DNA of 64,000 nucleotides from Balanoglossus misakiensis. Taxonomy: Eukaryota > Animalia > Hemichordata. The position numbers were made by a program, and so were the translations under genes. Shown here one piece after another: positions 52,501 through 64,000 of the stretch (the first letter of the stretch is position 1; each line of letters starts with the position of its first letter). Location of the stretch: positions 2,310,835-2,374,834 of the forward strand of contig CM082597.2 in the NCBI GenBank assembly GCA_040954595.2, read 5' to 3'. The notes beneath the pieces are model-generated. The model saw nothing but the letters and a program-made list of their open reading frames with translations, was not told the DNA's origin and did not search any database.

Positions 52501-55500
52501 TATATTTATCACTGAGTAAAGATAGAATGAAAGATGAAATGCTGTTTTATTGAAACCTTTCAATAAATATTTCACAATACTTGCTGAATATAGATGGTGT
52601 GAAATATCTTTTTGAATAATGTACATCCTTTCCTCCCAGATATCATGATGTGATGACTCGGTGATATAAGATGAAATAGTCCATCTTGTTACCCCTGAAG
52701 GGAAATAATTTTAGAGATTGCAGATGACAGTCTCTCGGGTTATGACAAAGTAGCTGTTGTTTGGGTTAGATAGTAATGTCTTTTAATATCAAATATCTAC
52801 CTCTATGTACATGTCTTCCGTTGTGAACTTTTGATTTCTGATGTTGAAATGGCCTTGAAGGCACTGTCATACCGTACACGATCCTATAACATTTTACTCA
52901 TGATCCATTAAACTGTGTCTGTGATAGGGCATTTGTTGTGTTAATGTCTGAAATATCTTCATGACTGTATTCCGTAAAAGTTGGAGTTCATGTAAAATTA
53001 CTTGGAATATTTTCAACAAGTTACTCTTCCACTGTGTCTTGAAGCTGACTTAGCTGCTCCAAGTACATGAGTCATCTATGTTCAATTTTCTCAAAAGTCA
53101 TCCTGATGTTGAGTTCTGATGATTTGGAGGTTGATGTTCTCATAGATTTTGGAAAATCTAGGAATACATGTATGTTAAAATGTGTACAATTCATAACATG
53201 AGTTACGCTGGTATATACAGGCCTGTTGAAATGCCGAAGGACTTATTCTTCTGGAATTTATATGTGGAGACTTGCACTGAAGTGGGCTGTGGGTTATATT
53301 TTCTAAGACTGACTACCAGAGATTGATAGTAAAAATATATAGCATCCATTGACTTGGAGATAATAGTGGTCATCATCTCCCCAGGCGGGCTGACCATTGG
53401 AGTACTTGCCCTACAAATCAATGATGTATATCTTTTAACTTCAAAGAGTAAATAATTGGTGTATAATGTACAAAGATTTAGTACTAGCTGACAGTGTTTT
53501 AAAATCCGATATAGAGTTGGCTCGATCTTTACATTTGCTGATTCTTTGCTGATCTGTTGTTCTGATCTGTCCGTCTAGGAACAGAACAGCAGAAAACCAG
53601 CATTTTATAGATCGAGCGAACTCCGATTTTAATCAGACTAACACACACTGATGGTTTCAAATCCTGATCGAAACTTGAAGCCGGAATTTCATGATAGCTA
53701 GGGTGTGCGGACAGGTTTAGATGTGGATGCCAGCCATCATTACTCTTGTGAAGTTTGTTATTGTTGGAAGTAAATTGTGGCACTTTAAAGGTCAGAGGGG
53801 TATCACTGTACTTAGCACTGATATTCAACATGTCATCATGTATCCACAGACGGTTTCAAATTAGCTTGATGATTATCTACATGTGAATACATGTATGTAC
53901 AATATAAATGGTAAACTCGGGGGACGCAACATAAGTAGGAAGTATCAATCACATGGGCAAATATGTGGGACCCAGTGTGGGCTAAAATGGTCCTCTCTTG
54001 GAGATTTGATTCATGTTGACACTTTTTCATACCTTAATTAAGACTGACCTGAATTTATAGTGTTTGGTATTAACTGTACCCTAACTTCTAACATTTTTTT
54101 CTGATTGCTAATAGGCAATTACCATTTACCCTTGTTGACAGGATTTGCAACACTATAGCCTCGATAATCTTGATTTATTACAACAACAGCTTGTATATTG
54201 TTGCTTTAGCCAGGGACATCAAACAAGTTGTTGATGTCACAGGTGTTGTGGTGCAAAGTTACCATGGTGCTAATTTTGGCACCAAAACCTGAGAGGATGA
54301 TCTACCCAGAATAAATGAAAATAAATTTTGACTGCAGATGGCTTTCTGCAGTGGTCTTCGACTTCACACGTTTTGGCGTTAAGGAGATCGAGTTGCTACT
54401 TACATGTCTCTGGTACAGTACATGTTTCTAGTAAATTTCTTTGAGTCAGCTACATATATATCAGTACAAGGAAAAGGAAAAAAGTTAAATTAATCCGTGT
54501 GAGTCAATGACATGGCATTTTCCTCACAGAGGACAATACTTCCAGTCGATTTAGCACGTCAGTGCATTATTGCCGCACAAGAGATATTTAATGTGCTTCT
54601 CGAATAAAAGGAACGCAGATCAAATTAACGGCAGTCTAACTTGATCAGGGGTAATTTGAGTACAAAAGGCACGGTATGGAAAGCTTAGGACTATACAGTC
54701 TGTATAAATCTAGATGAGATTCTTTATTAGAGTTTCACCAGCGGGTATGGTGATGCATGGTAATCATGCTTTACTGTAGAGGGCTTGATGTCTGGTGATT
54801 AAGCCATACAAAGTAAACTTTGTGTTCTACCACATAAAAGAGTCAATTTTTAGTTCATATATGCTTTAATTAAAGCTCCAAAAGCTGCCATTTTTTTGCA
54901 TTATTTTAATGATTTTACTTTCAGAATTGTCCATTTAAATAAGTTAAATTTACCATTGGGTATACACAAAGATATTATCAAACTCTGATTGTAGCTGTAT
55001 ATTTAAATATGTGTACAAGTTAATTATTAAACGGGTGCCACACCCTTTTATTCAGCCGCACATTGCAAAAGTACACAGCTATTGTGATATGCGCACATGA
55101 AATTAGAATCTCCACAAATTCTGTCGACTTAGGATAAAGAAAAGAGTGAAGGATTTTACAGATTAAAAATATGTTAAAAGTGGCAGCTATGGGGGCTTTA
55201 AATATAGGAGAGAAAAATGTGATGTTTTCCATTAACTTGTGTGCATAGTCGTCACAACTGTGTCACTTTCATTCTACTGCAACTCTGTTCTGTCTATTTT
55301 CATCAACTCCGCTGCAGTTCACTGCATAAATCTGTTGCGAACGCTGATCCATCCAAGCGTAGAATCTCCGTGCATCTGTTACCATGGCAAATAAAATCCT
55401 CCGCAAATTGATTTAGCCAACTAGACATGGCTGTTTCTTGTCAACGATTTTCGAGAATCCACACATCAGAAAAATCTGAAAATTGATTTTTCCCAATGAA

Positions 55501-58500
55501 TAAAGACATATTATGGCTACCTTCTTTCTTTGATGCTTCAATATTTAGACATTTTGGCTTCAAGATAAGACATCATCTCGACTGAAATGAAACTTGGAGA
55601 CTGCAGATACCTACTTTGTCTGATTGATTTAAATAGCTAGTGATATTGATCCTCTGGATAGATCAGTCCATTTTCAAGATATATTATTCTGAACATGAAA
55701 TATTTCATTTTCTCATCATCATTTAAAAACATGGTGTTTAAATTTAAGATTGAACTTTGAAAAATAAATTAAAAGAGATATAGTGATTCTAAATTGACAA
55801 AAAGAGGAATACACGCACAAACTTGATAAGATTTTAATTTATATGAAAGATGAAAGGAAGTATATTTTAGCTTTAAATGATTTCATGTCTTAAACAGACA
55901 AAATTAGGCATCATTGCTGTCTGTACGAAACTCTCATCAACATATTGATTTTATGTAAATCTTTACTTTACTCTAATGGATTTGTGAATTGAAGAAGCTG
56001 TTTTGAATGCTTCATCATGTCTGTCTATGCCATCTGCATGGTAAATGCCTTTACAAGTCTGATCAGGGACTTTATGGTAGAGTGTCTGTTTACATGTATG
56101 GATAACCGCGTACATATTAAAAGCTGTGAGCTCCTTGGAGGAATATTGATTGAACAGATGCATCTCATTGTCACCGCGGACGCTAACAGCTTTTAAGGTC
56201 ATTGATAGTTCAGAGAGTTCACAGCGTACAATACTTAGCAGAACTTTTAGTGATTCTAATATAGAATTGGTATCTTCCATCTCCATATCCTAAAGTGTAC
56301 ATTAGATAAACAACACCCGCAGAAATCATTGTTGATGACACAGTCATTATGTATTTGGAGCTTACATCATCAATCCAAAGCTTATTTGTCATAGGAACAT
56401 ATTCAATTTCATGATTCAAAATTCCTTTTTATTCAATAACTAATAACTTTCTGTCAGAAATATTTGATAAACCATTCCCCAAGAAACATGTCATACTATG
56501 ATATAGTAGAAAAAGTTAACTACTTAAAAATATTGACATTTGAGAACTATTTTTGTCTTTATATTGATGGTACTTAACTAAAAATAGGGTAGCGTGTTTA
56601 AAACATGCTGTTTAAATAGACTTGATTATGTGCAGGTATGTCTGGTCGCTGCATTTAAGAAAACTGAACTGTCTGTTATCTGTGATGTTAACTTAGATGT
56701 ATGATTCAATGCATAGGTATTTGTTATACTGGGGCAGTGCTGGACCTCAGTACATGAAAATATGGGCAATGATAATTTAAAGCAGTTTACTCTGTCAAAA
56801 TTGGAACTCACTTCTTGAATTTTCAGTAATGAGAATTCTTGAGCGAAGCCCTTTATGGTCTGGATACTTTGAAAGGTTGTCATGGTGACCAGAGATTAAA
56901 TGCATGCATGATTTCATATTATGTATTCTTAGTCTTTTATGAACTGGACTCATCAGTGTTGTCTTGAATGTAAATTTGCATAATCATCTACTGGAACCTA
57001 TCTAATCAGTCTGAGTCAATTCATCATCATTTTAATACCAGTTCTGCATTTATAATAAAGAACATATTATGCAACCATTGTACCCTCTAAGCCAATATGA
57101 CATTCAAGAAAATTTGTATAATACAAAAATGTATATATGTGTATGTATGGAGTCACACAAGGCTTTTGACATGATGATTCCTGTGCAGATATATATATAT
57201 ATATATATATATGCATGCATGACATTCACCAGGAACTTAACAACTTTTCCAATAGTAATTTCCGGGAATGATCACCCCATGAACATAACGACTATGACCT
57301 ATTAACCTAAAATGGTCAATACACTGCAACTGGAGGCCGCTGACTCTCCATTCTTCGCCGCAGCATGATAGCATTTCATGAACGCAATCTGAAACCGCAT
57401 AATTCCAATCGTCAGCGACAGATTCAAAATAAATTGGATCAAGTCTGTCCTGGCTGTTCAGACTGCAGCCTCGTTATACTCTTGTTAAAGCCCCAGTATT
57501 TCTCGTGTGCATCCATTTTTCATCATCGAAAAAAGCCCGTTTTTCCAGTACATCCATCATGGAATACTATATAATGAAGATGTAAGAAAGGTTTGGGCAA
57601 CTGTAGCTACGTGCAAGCTGTAAATATTGCCTGTAACACTTGAAATGATGCGCGGGTTTGTTTACAATGGAAATGTTGTACATGTCGATCAGCAAACGTG
57701 CCACTTTGACATTTTGATGGTCAGACCATTTTCGGATTTGATCTGGTTCCATCGACTGATTTCTCCCATAAAGTTATCTTCCCAAAATTTCGCCGAATTA
57801 GTGCGCATTTCTTCGCTGAGTCGCTTGATTTGGGGCGACCAAACCTCTTCCGCATAGATTCACATTTGAGTGCGCATGCGCACTAGTCACGTGTGTCAAC
57901 ATTAGCCTGACTCACGTGACTTTCTGTCCGGACAGAAAGTCATTCTTCACTCGTTATATTGTAAATTGTATGAGTTTATCAGCAGAGTTGGGGATGATGA
58001 CTGTTCGATTCAGTATCAATTATCATCTACTTTTAGAAATTATAGATGCCGTTTCAAACAAAATTTTGCCCCTACGAGAAATACTGTGGCTTTAATAGAG
58101 ACAATTTCAGTCTAAGGAGATGAGGCATTGCACCAGTAATGAACTTTGGGCGAAAATCCGTTAAAGGCCATGTTGTAAAAGATCCCTGCTGGGGTCGAGA
58201 TCAAGTCTCTTTAAAGTACAAGAGAATGTCTCCCTAATTTTCTAATGCAAATTATGCTATACTGTGAATACATGTTTGATCACATGTATCACTAGTATCA
58301 GATCTCTGTAGATATAACTTTCTGTGTGTGTATGCATGCTGTATGTATGTATGAGCATATATTTTTTATTTATTTATCAGACATAAAAATTGTGATAATT
58401 GCATTTGATATCAAAATATATTGAAATATATATTTGTGCTTCAGCTTGCAGCTCAAATCATGGAACCGAGGAATGTGGTTGTTGGCATAGTTGACCTAGA

Positions 58501-61500
58501 TGACGACAAAGAAGCAGCAAAAATCATAGGTATTGTATTTTTAAAAAAGACTCCTCTAAAAACTCGTCATCTACACTTAGCTTGTGTATACTAACTCTCA
58601 TAGCCCTAGGTCAGAGCTACATTAACACTGATGTCATTACTATACATAAAGCCAGTTTTTAATGCTGGGTTTGAAATTTCATGAGATCTATGATGTTCAG
58701 TCCCTTACTACAACAAAGGTTACCTAGGTAAACATTAGTTGTCCTTTACTTCACGCCACGAGTGACCCATCTGGCATTTTTTCAGGACAATTAGGGCTTC
58801 CTGATATCTGACTGTTTTCAATTTGATTCCAATACTCAGCTAGAAAAACTGGCTCACCTCAATTTTCATGCGGTTATAGGTTACACTTACTGCATTCGTG
58901 CATCTTGTATTGTGTGTAATTGAGTACAGAATTCATTACTGAATTATAATTATATTTATTGTACAGGTGCATCTCATGCAGGACAAATATTTGTATACAA
59001 GAATGGTAAAAGGATAGAATTTACAGGCCATAGAGCATCAGAAATACTTATAAGTTTTCTCATAAAGGTAAGAACAATTATCTTCCTGATCCCAAATGAT
59101 CACTTTACATGTGATAGACGTACAAACAGAAAAACAATGTACCGGGTATGTAAAGTTGTGTGTAAAACATAGTGTATTCCTAGACCACTTTTGTCATAAT
59201 AATTTTTCAGATTTGAAAAAGGGGTGATTCATAATAGTAAGTTTGATATATTCCAGTTGTTCGATGATCCAGTGACGACTATAGACGGCAAAGCTGAGAA
59301 GAGAGCCTTTGAGAAAGTGGATTTGCCAAAGGTTATCGGATACTTCGAAAAAGACAGCAAAGGTTAGTGATCGAAATAGCGCCCCTACAGTCATGTTGAA
59401 ATGGTAGTTTTGTTTTTTATAGTGAGTTGGAAAAGCACTGCAGTTTGTGCACTGATAGTAAATAAATGTATTTTTCCATCTTTTGAAGAATACAAAGAAT
59501 TTGAAGATGCTGCCCAGACCTTTCAACCTGTGATACCATTCTATGCATGTTTTGACAAAAAGGTGAGTGTACTGACTGCCTGTAAATACTAAATTAAAGA
59601 AGAGAATTGAACTCCATTCTATATTAAATGACATCGCAATGTAACAGGAGATGTGAAAGACTAATTTTTAAGAATAAGCAGATAAGAGAATTTGAATTAT
59701 ATTTTTTTACATGAACATGCAGCAAATTTCAACTTTCAGATTTAATGTGTTCTGTAATGTTTTGATTGATTTTTGATTGATTACTACTTACTCTAGTATT
59801 ATAGACTTTTGTTTACCTATTGGCTTACAGCTTGCGAAGTCTTTTCATCTGAAAAAATTAAATTTGATTCAGTTTATAAGACCCTTTGATAAAGCCTTAG
59901 AAATTCCACAAGTGGTAAGTTGCTTTTATTTTTTATTATATTGTTCGATGTTTTCCTGGGTTATTTTAATCCATAATAACTGCTGAAGGCAATAGTATGA
60001 CAATGACATTTCTTTTTAAAAGCTAACATTTTAAATGGTTTTTCGTTGACAGCCTGCATCTTCCAAGGATGTACAGAGATTCATACAAAGAAACAAAAAA
60101 GGAGGACTGAGAAAACTAAGACTGGAAGACTTGCATGACACCTGGGTAAGTACAAACACACCTGGTGAAGTGTCACGCCACCTGGATTGTTTCTCAATAT
60201 TTCCTGAAACATAGCACTTATTTGAGTGTTTTTGCGGTTGTTATCCAGAAGAAAACCAACACAGAAAAACTTTACTCAACACTTATTCTTTTTAATGTGG
60301 ATTTTGATGATATCAATAAAGGATAATTTGAAACACATAACTCAAGGAAATGGACCTTAAGTCCAGCCTTATGATAGTGTCAGTGTCATCAATAACGGAG
60401 CATGTGCATTTTTTACATGTACCATTGTCCGCGGTCTGCTTGGCTTGGCTATGTTGTTCTGTGTCGTCCCCTGACCAAACCTGTGCGACCAACCCCTATA
60501 GTTTGCATGTCTCTTTTCAGTGTGTGTCTCATATTTTTGTGGACCAATCACAGCAAGTGTCATGCACCATCTAATAAACATGGTAATCTAATTTGGCACC
60601 AGCTAGCTGCAGATTGTGCGACACTCGTCTAGGAGCATTCGACAGACGAACATTAAAAGTTTCACCCAAACCTTTGTACAACACTTGTTGATTTTTTAAA
60701 GTGAATGTACAGATGCTATAGCCCAAGGTGTTTATCTGCACACCGTGAAGTGCACTTCACGGAAGTTCGGTTACCACTATATGATAGTGCACCTCAAACA
60801 TGCTAGCCTGTGAGGCCAAGGGATATTTTGAGGGACGTCTTCCTGCCCGCGATCAGCTTTGGCAAGCACAGATATCCAAAGTTTGGTAATAAACTGTGCC
60901 ATCGCGTATTTCACTTCCGGTATATTGAAAAGAGTCAACTTTTGTTGATGTATAAAACTAAAATACAGAAGAAAGTGATCGAAGTTAGAGCTACCATCCC
61001 TGTAAGGCCTTGCTAGTGTGTTTATTCACTCTACAGTCATAACTGCATGATGCATGTACACAAGACGTCTCCTATTCACTTTGCATGCAGAGACTGTTTG
61101 CGGATATACCTGGTATAACTTGGGTAAGTCAGCACTTTACAACTTAAAACTTGACTGATTATTAGACCAACTGCACTGTAATTAATGCATGTCAGTTTTG
61201 CTGTTATGATGGCTTTGCATTGTATTGTTGTTTTGTGCCGTTAGACAATGATCGACATCTGAAGCAATGGCGATAACATGTACTATATGTGAAGAAGCAT
61301 ATTTAGAAAACTGTTATTGTTTTGAAATCCCTCTATTAGATTGACACAGATTGTATTCCAAACCTTAAATGTATATTCTGGTATATTTACTTCTATCAAC
61401 ACAGGAACATGATTCAAAGACACATCTTATTGTAGCATTTGCAAAGCCACAAACATCAAGGGGATCAGAGTTTTTCTCTGTGTTGAAGAAACTGGCAAGA

Positions 61501-64000
61501 CATTACAGTGACTCGCCGAAATTCAGTTTTGTCTGGATTGATCCAGAACCATTTGCAATGGTAAGGAAAGATATTTGCTGTGAGGGATGGAATATATCAG
61601 AAAGATGAAATTGGAATTGTCTGTTTAGTGATTTTTGCTCTCTTAATTAGGCATCGTCTGATTGACACTGAATTCTTTCCAGATGCATGATTACTGGGAA
61701 AATTTGTATGCCATTGACGTTGACCAACCAAACATCGGATATGTGAAAATCAAAGAGGTAAGAATTGAATTACTGTTGTCTATGTGATTTGGAACTTATG
61801 AAAACGTTGATGCGATTTATATCTGATAAGATTAATGTACATGTTATTTAAACTTGATCAATTCATCAGATAAGTTTTTCTTTTTTTGAAAAACAGAATG
61901 AAAGCTCATGGTACCCCATGCCAAGTGATTCTGTACCACTTGCAAAAGAATTACAGAAGTGGTTAGAGAAGATTATTGCTCGTTCTGTCTTCATTGACAC
62001 TGACGGCGATGGTATCCCAGATCATTTAGATGATGATATCGATGGAGATGGTATCCCAAATGAAACGGATATTGACAGTGATGGCGATGGTATGTCAGAC
62101 TATCTAGAAAAAGACATTGATGAAGACGATGGAGATCTCGATGGAATTCCAGATTACTTGGAAAAAGACAGTGATGGAGATGGCATACCAGATTACTTAG
62201 AAGATTCTGATGGTGATGGCATTCCTGATTATATGGAAATTGATACAGATGGAGATGGGATTCCCGATTACCTAGATGATGATATTGATGGAGATGGGAT
62301 TCCAAATGATGAAGATGATGTTATCGATGGAGATGGAATACCGAATGATGAAGATGAGGATGCAGATGGGAATGGTATTCCCGATTACCTGGAAAGGGAC
62401 ACGGATGGAGATGGCATTCCAGATTATTTGGACGATGATATTGATGGAGATGGGATTCCAAATGATGAAGATGATGATATCGATGGAGACGGGATTCCAA
62501 ATGATGAAGATGATGATGATGATGGCGATGGCATTCCTGATGACTTAGAGAAAGACACAGATGGAGATGGCATTCCTGATTATTTGGACGATGACATTGA
62601 TGGAGATGGGATTCCAAATGATGAAGATGATGATGATGGTGGAGATGGCATTCCTGATGACTTAGAGAAAGATACGGATGGAGATGGCATTCCCGACTAT
62701 TTGGACCAGGATGATGATGGAGATGGTATCCCTGATCACTTGGAAGTAGACAGTGATGGTGATGGCATTCCAGATTACCTTGAAGACGCCAATGGAAATG
62801 GCATTCCTGATTATATGGAAAAGGATACAGATGGAGATGGGATTCCCGATTATTTAGATGATGATATTGATGGAGATGGGATTCCAAATGATGAGGATGA
62901 TGATATTGATGGAGATGGAATCCCAAATGATGAAGATGAGGATGCAGATGGGAACGGTATTCCCGATTACCTGGAAAGGGACACGGATGGAGATGGCATT
63001 CCAGATTATTTGGACGATGATATTGATGGAGATGGGATTCCAAATGATGAAGATGATGATATCGATGGAGACGGGATTCCAAATGATGAAGATGATGATG
63101 ATGATGGCGATGGCATTCCTGATGACTTAGAGAAAGACACAGATGGAGATGGCATTCCTGACTATTTGGACGATGATATCGATGGAGATGGGATTCCAAA
63201 TGATGAAGATGACGATGATGATGGCGATGGCATTCCTGATGACTTAGAGAAAGACACAGATGGAGATGGCATTCCAGATTATTTAGATGATGATATTGAT
63301 GGAGACGGGATTCCAAATGATGAGGATGATGATATTGACGGAGATGGTATCCCAAATGATGAAGATAATGATGATGATGGCGATGGCATTCCTGATGACT
63401 TAGAGAAAGACACAGATGGAGATGGCATTCCTGACTATTTGGACGATGATATCGATGGAGATGGGATTCCAAATGATGAAGATGATGATATTGATGGTGA
63501 TGGTATTCCAAATGATGAAGATGATGATGATGATGGAGATGGCATTCCTGATTACTTAGAGAAAGACACAGATGGAGATGGCATTCCCGACTATTTGGAC
63601 GATGATATCGATGGAGATGGGATTCCAAATGATGAAGATGATGATGATGATGGAGATGGCATTCCTGATGACTTAGAGAAAGACACAGATGGAGATGGCA
63701 TTCCCGACTATTTGGACGATGATATTGATGGAGATGGGATTCCAAATGATGAAGATGATGATGATGATGGAGATGGCATTCCTGATGACTTAGAGAAAGA
63801 CACAGATGGAGATGGCATTCCAGATTATTTGGACGATGATATTGATGGAGACGGGATTCCAAATGATGAAGATGATGATATCGATGGCGATGGGATTCCA
63901 AATGATGAAGATGATGATGATGATGGAGATGGCATTCCTGATTACTTAGAGAAAGACACAGATGGAGATGGCATTCCCGACTATTTGGACGATGATATTG
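49548..64000 (+). CDS. CASQ: Calsequestrin-family protein with a very long C-terminal Asp-rich TSP3-like repeat tail (3' end outside the window)
   Basis: Exons: 49548-49772, 58445-58529, 58967-59067, 59257-59362, 59489-59562, 59831-59914, 60053-60145, 61405-61560, 61683-61757, 61897->64000. Signal peptide MKGCGVCILVLLFLVLA, then calsequestrin motifs FPEYDG..RV, LAAQIME, LFDDPV, YKEFEDAAQTFQPVIPFYACFDK, LRKLRLEDLHDTW, HLIVAFA, VWIDPEPF, YWE...ID..QPNIG, ELQKWLE. Splice phases are consistent throughout. Confidence 0.93.
54870..55201. mobile_element. TTAA-flanked MITE (Kolobok-like ends), ~330 bp
   Basis: Left end TTAAAGCTCCAAAAGCTGCCATTTT; reverse complement of the right end TTAAAGCCCCCATAGCTGCCACTTT. 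Confidence 0.7.
57485..58095. mobile_element. TTAA-flanked MITE (Kolobok-like ends), ~610 bp
   Basis: Left end TTAAAGCCCCAGTATTTCTCGT; reverse complement of the right end TTAAAGCCACAGTATTTCTCGT (21/22 identical including TTAA). The interior is more CpG-rich than the flanking intron. Confidence 0.78.
61996..64000 (+). repeat. Coding tandem repeat, 39-bp/13-aa unit DxDGDGIP(D/N)xxxx, at least 51 copies
   Basis: Hand translation of the frame continuing exon 10, e.g. DTDGDGIPDYLDD-DIDGDGIPNDEDD-DDDGDGIPDDLEK. No stop codon up to the window end. Confidence 0.95.

Noticed and set aside
62321-63901. 526-aa His-rich ORF on the minus strand (also 61991-62305 and the Met-rich + ORFs at 62276 and 62858)
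   Set aside because: These are shadow frames of the GAT-rich Asp repeat. The real frame is the + strand continuation of calsequestrin exon 10, supported by splice phase and third-position variation.

Overview
AT-rich, intron-containing animal DNA, probably an invertebrate deuterostome (inferred from protein similarity and intron positions; the species cannot be determined here). There are three + strand spliced genes. (1) A DYRK1A/minibrain kinase: 9 confident coding exons at 29489-34526, one GC-AG intron, and several candidate alternative first exons spread over about 28 kb upstream. (2) A complete coatomer alpha gene (COPA): 28 exons, 38111-46116, about 1223 aa. (3) A calsequestrin-family gene running from 49548 off the window end. 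An initiator tRNA-Met gene lies on the - strand (37497-37568), head-to-head with COPA. The most striking feature is the calsequestrin. Its thioredoxin-fold core is nearly charge-neutral, and the usual short poly-Asp tail is replaced by at least 51 tandem ~13-aa cysteine-free DxDGDGIP(D/N)xxxx repeats resembling thrombospondin type-3 Ca2+-binding motifs (>660 aa, no stop before position 64000; absent from the ORF track). Non-coding DNA holds several MITE families (TTAA- and TA-flanked), a 62-bp minisatellite and microsatellites. All coordinates, counts and translations were done by eye.
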